This document shows, piece after piece, positions 63,541-64,000 of a stretch of 64,000 nucleotides of DNA. The notes beneath the pieces were generated by a model. It saw nothing but the letters and a program-made list of their open reading frames with translations, made no database searches and was not told where the DNA came from. This DNA is from Gaiellaceae bacterium. GTDB taxonomy: Bacteria > Actinomycetota > Thermoleophilia > Gaiellales > Gaiellaceae. How positions within the stretch are numbered: position 1 is the stretch's first letter; each line of letters opens with the position of its first letter. Position numbers and translations under genes: made by a program. Location of the stretch: positions 6,779-70,778 of the forward strand of contig JBEKEH010000004.1 in the NCBI GenBank assembly GCA_050013935.1, written 5' to 3'.

Positions 63541-64000
63541 TCAGCTCGTCGCCGCCGCGCGCGGCGTCGCTTCCTTTGCAAGGAACGGCCGCAGCACGTA
63601 GTAGAGGATCGCGGCGACACCGAAGCCGGTCAGCCACGAGATGTCGACGTTGTGCGTCGCCTTCGCGATCGGCCCCTGGAGGAAGCCGACGAGGCCGTAG
63701 CCCCACGCCCAGCCGGCGACGACGCCGGAGAGCATCGCGATCACCGCCGCCCAGTTGACGTCGCCGTAGATCGACTCCTTCGGCGACGCGTAGAGCGCGC
63801 GCACATCGATCTTCCCGCGTCGCAGGACGAGGTAGTCGACCATCATCACGCCGGCCCACGAGGAGATCCAGAGCACCACCGACGAGAGCCAGTTGTCGAA
63901 GCGCGTCGCCCAGCTCGCCGACTGGATGAACCAGATGAGCACTCCGGTGCCGACGATCGAGACGACGACGCTCACCTTCCAGCGCACCACCTTGACGTCC
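63541..64000 (-). CDS. NCS1 family (purine-cytosine / hydantoin / allantoin) permease, N-terminus beyond the window
   Basis: ORF 63541..63990; the frame stays open to the window edge. ...WISSWAGVMMVDYLVLRRGKIDVRALY...ISWLTGFGVAAILYYVL. Confidence 0.85.
   Translation of the reverse strand, partial: DVKVVRWKVSVVVSIVGTGVLIWFIQSASWATRFDNWLSSVVLWISSWAGVMMVDYLVLRRGKIDVRALYASPKESIYGDVNWAAVIAMLSGVVAGWAWGYGLVGFLQGPIAKATHNVDISWLTGFGVAAILYYVLRPFLAKEATPRAAATS

Overview
High-GC window (about 70% GC by eye, not computed), read as an Actinomycetota-type chromosome. Three things support that reading: F420-family enzymes (an LLM-class oxidoreductase and a Ddn-like reductase), many 4-nt start/stop overlaps, and many start codons lying 6-8 nt downstream of a TANNNT hexamer (leaderless-type starts). 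The window is almost entirely coding: about 70 CDS, one tRNA-Cys, no rRNA, no CRISPR array.

Gene blocks, left to right:
- Two tandem MFS paralogs, then an operon with a RemA-like protein, a cupin, a DegT aminotransferase and ilvE.
- ybaK; serA with a class-V aminotransferase; a penicillin-acylase-family protein.
- An Rpf-like transglycosylase.
- A leaderless three-gene module (RHH, mini-RHH, DUF4097).
- gatC-gatA-orf88-gatB; csp; folD, divergent from an orphan class-I-type HMG-CoA reductase.
- A diiron oxygenase divergent from an ABM monooxygenase.
- hypFCDE, divergent from a group-3b-like [NiFe]-hydrogenase operon. That operon contains an extra cNMP-binding-domain protein, the maturation protease and a Zn-finger-less HypA.
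- gabT, a PotABCD-like transporter and an aldehyde dehydrogenase.
- A decayed IS200/RAYT-like transposase next to a palindromic repeat.
- A six-gene MoxR-DUF58-VWA (Bat-like) operon; PFOR (nifJ type).
- Small secreted proteins, an ArsR regulator, a 2TM protein and tRNA-Cys.
- An S9 peptidase, the F420 enzymes, mgsA, and a hydantoinase / carbamoylase / NCS1 permease cluster.

Non-genic signals:
- A palindrome family, GCAACC[A/T]GGTTGC, at four loci.
- A roughly 48-nt hairpin element present twice, with compensatory stem substitutions between the copies.
- Back-to-back leaderless promoters built on short palindromes.

All calls come from reading the supplied ORF translations and the DNA by eye. 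Family assignments are motif- and memory-based, not search-based. Start codons were chosen from overlap, SD or -10 context.
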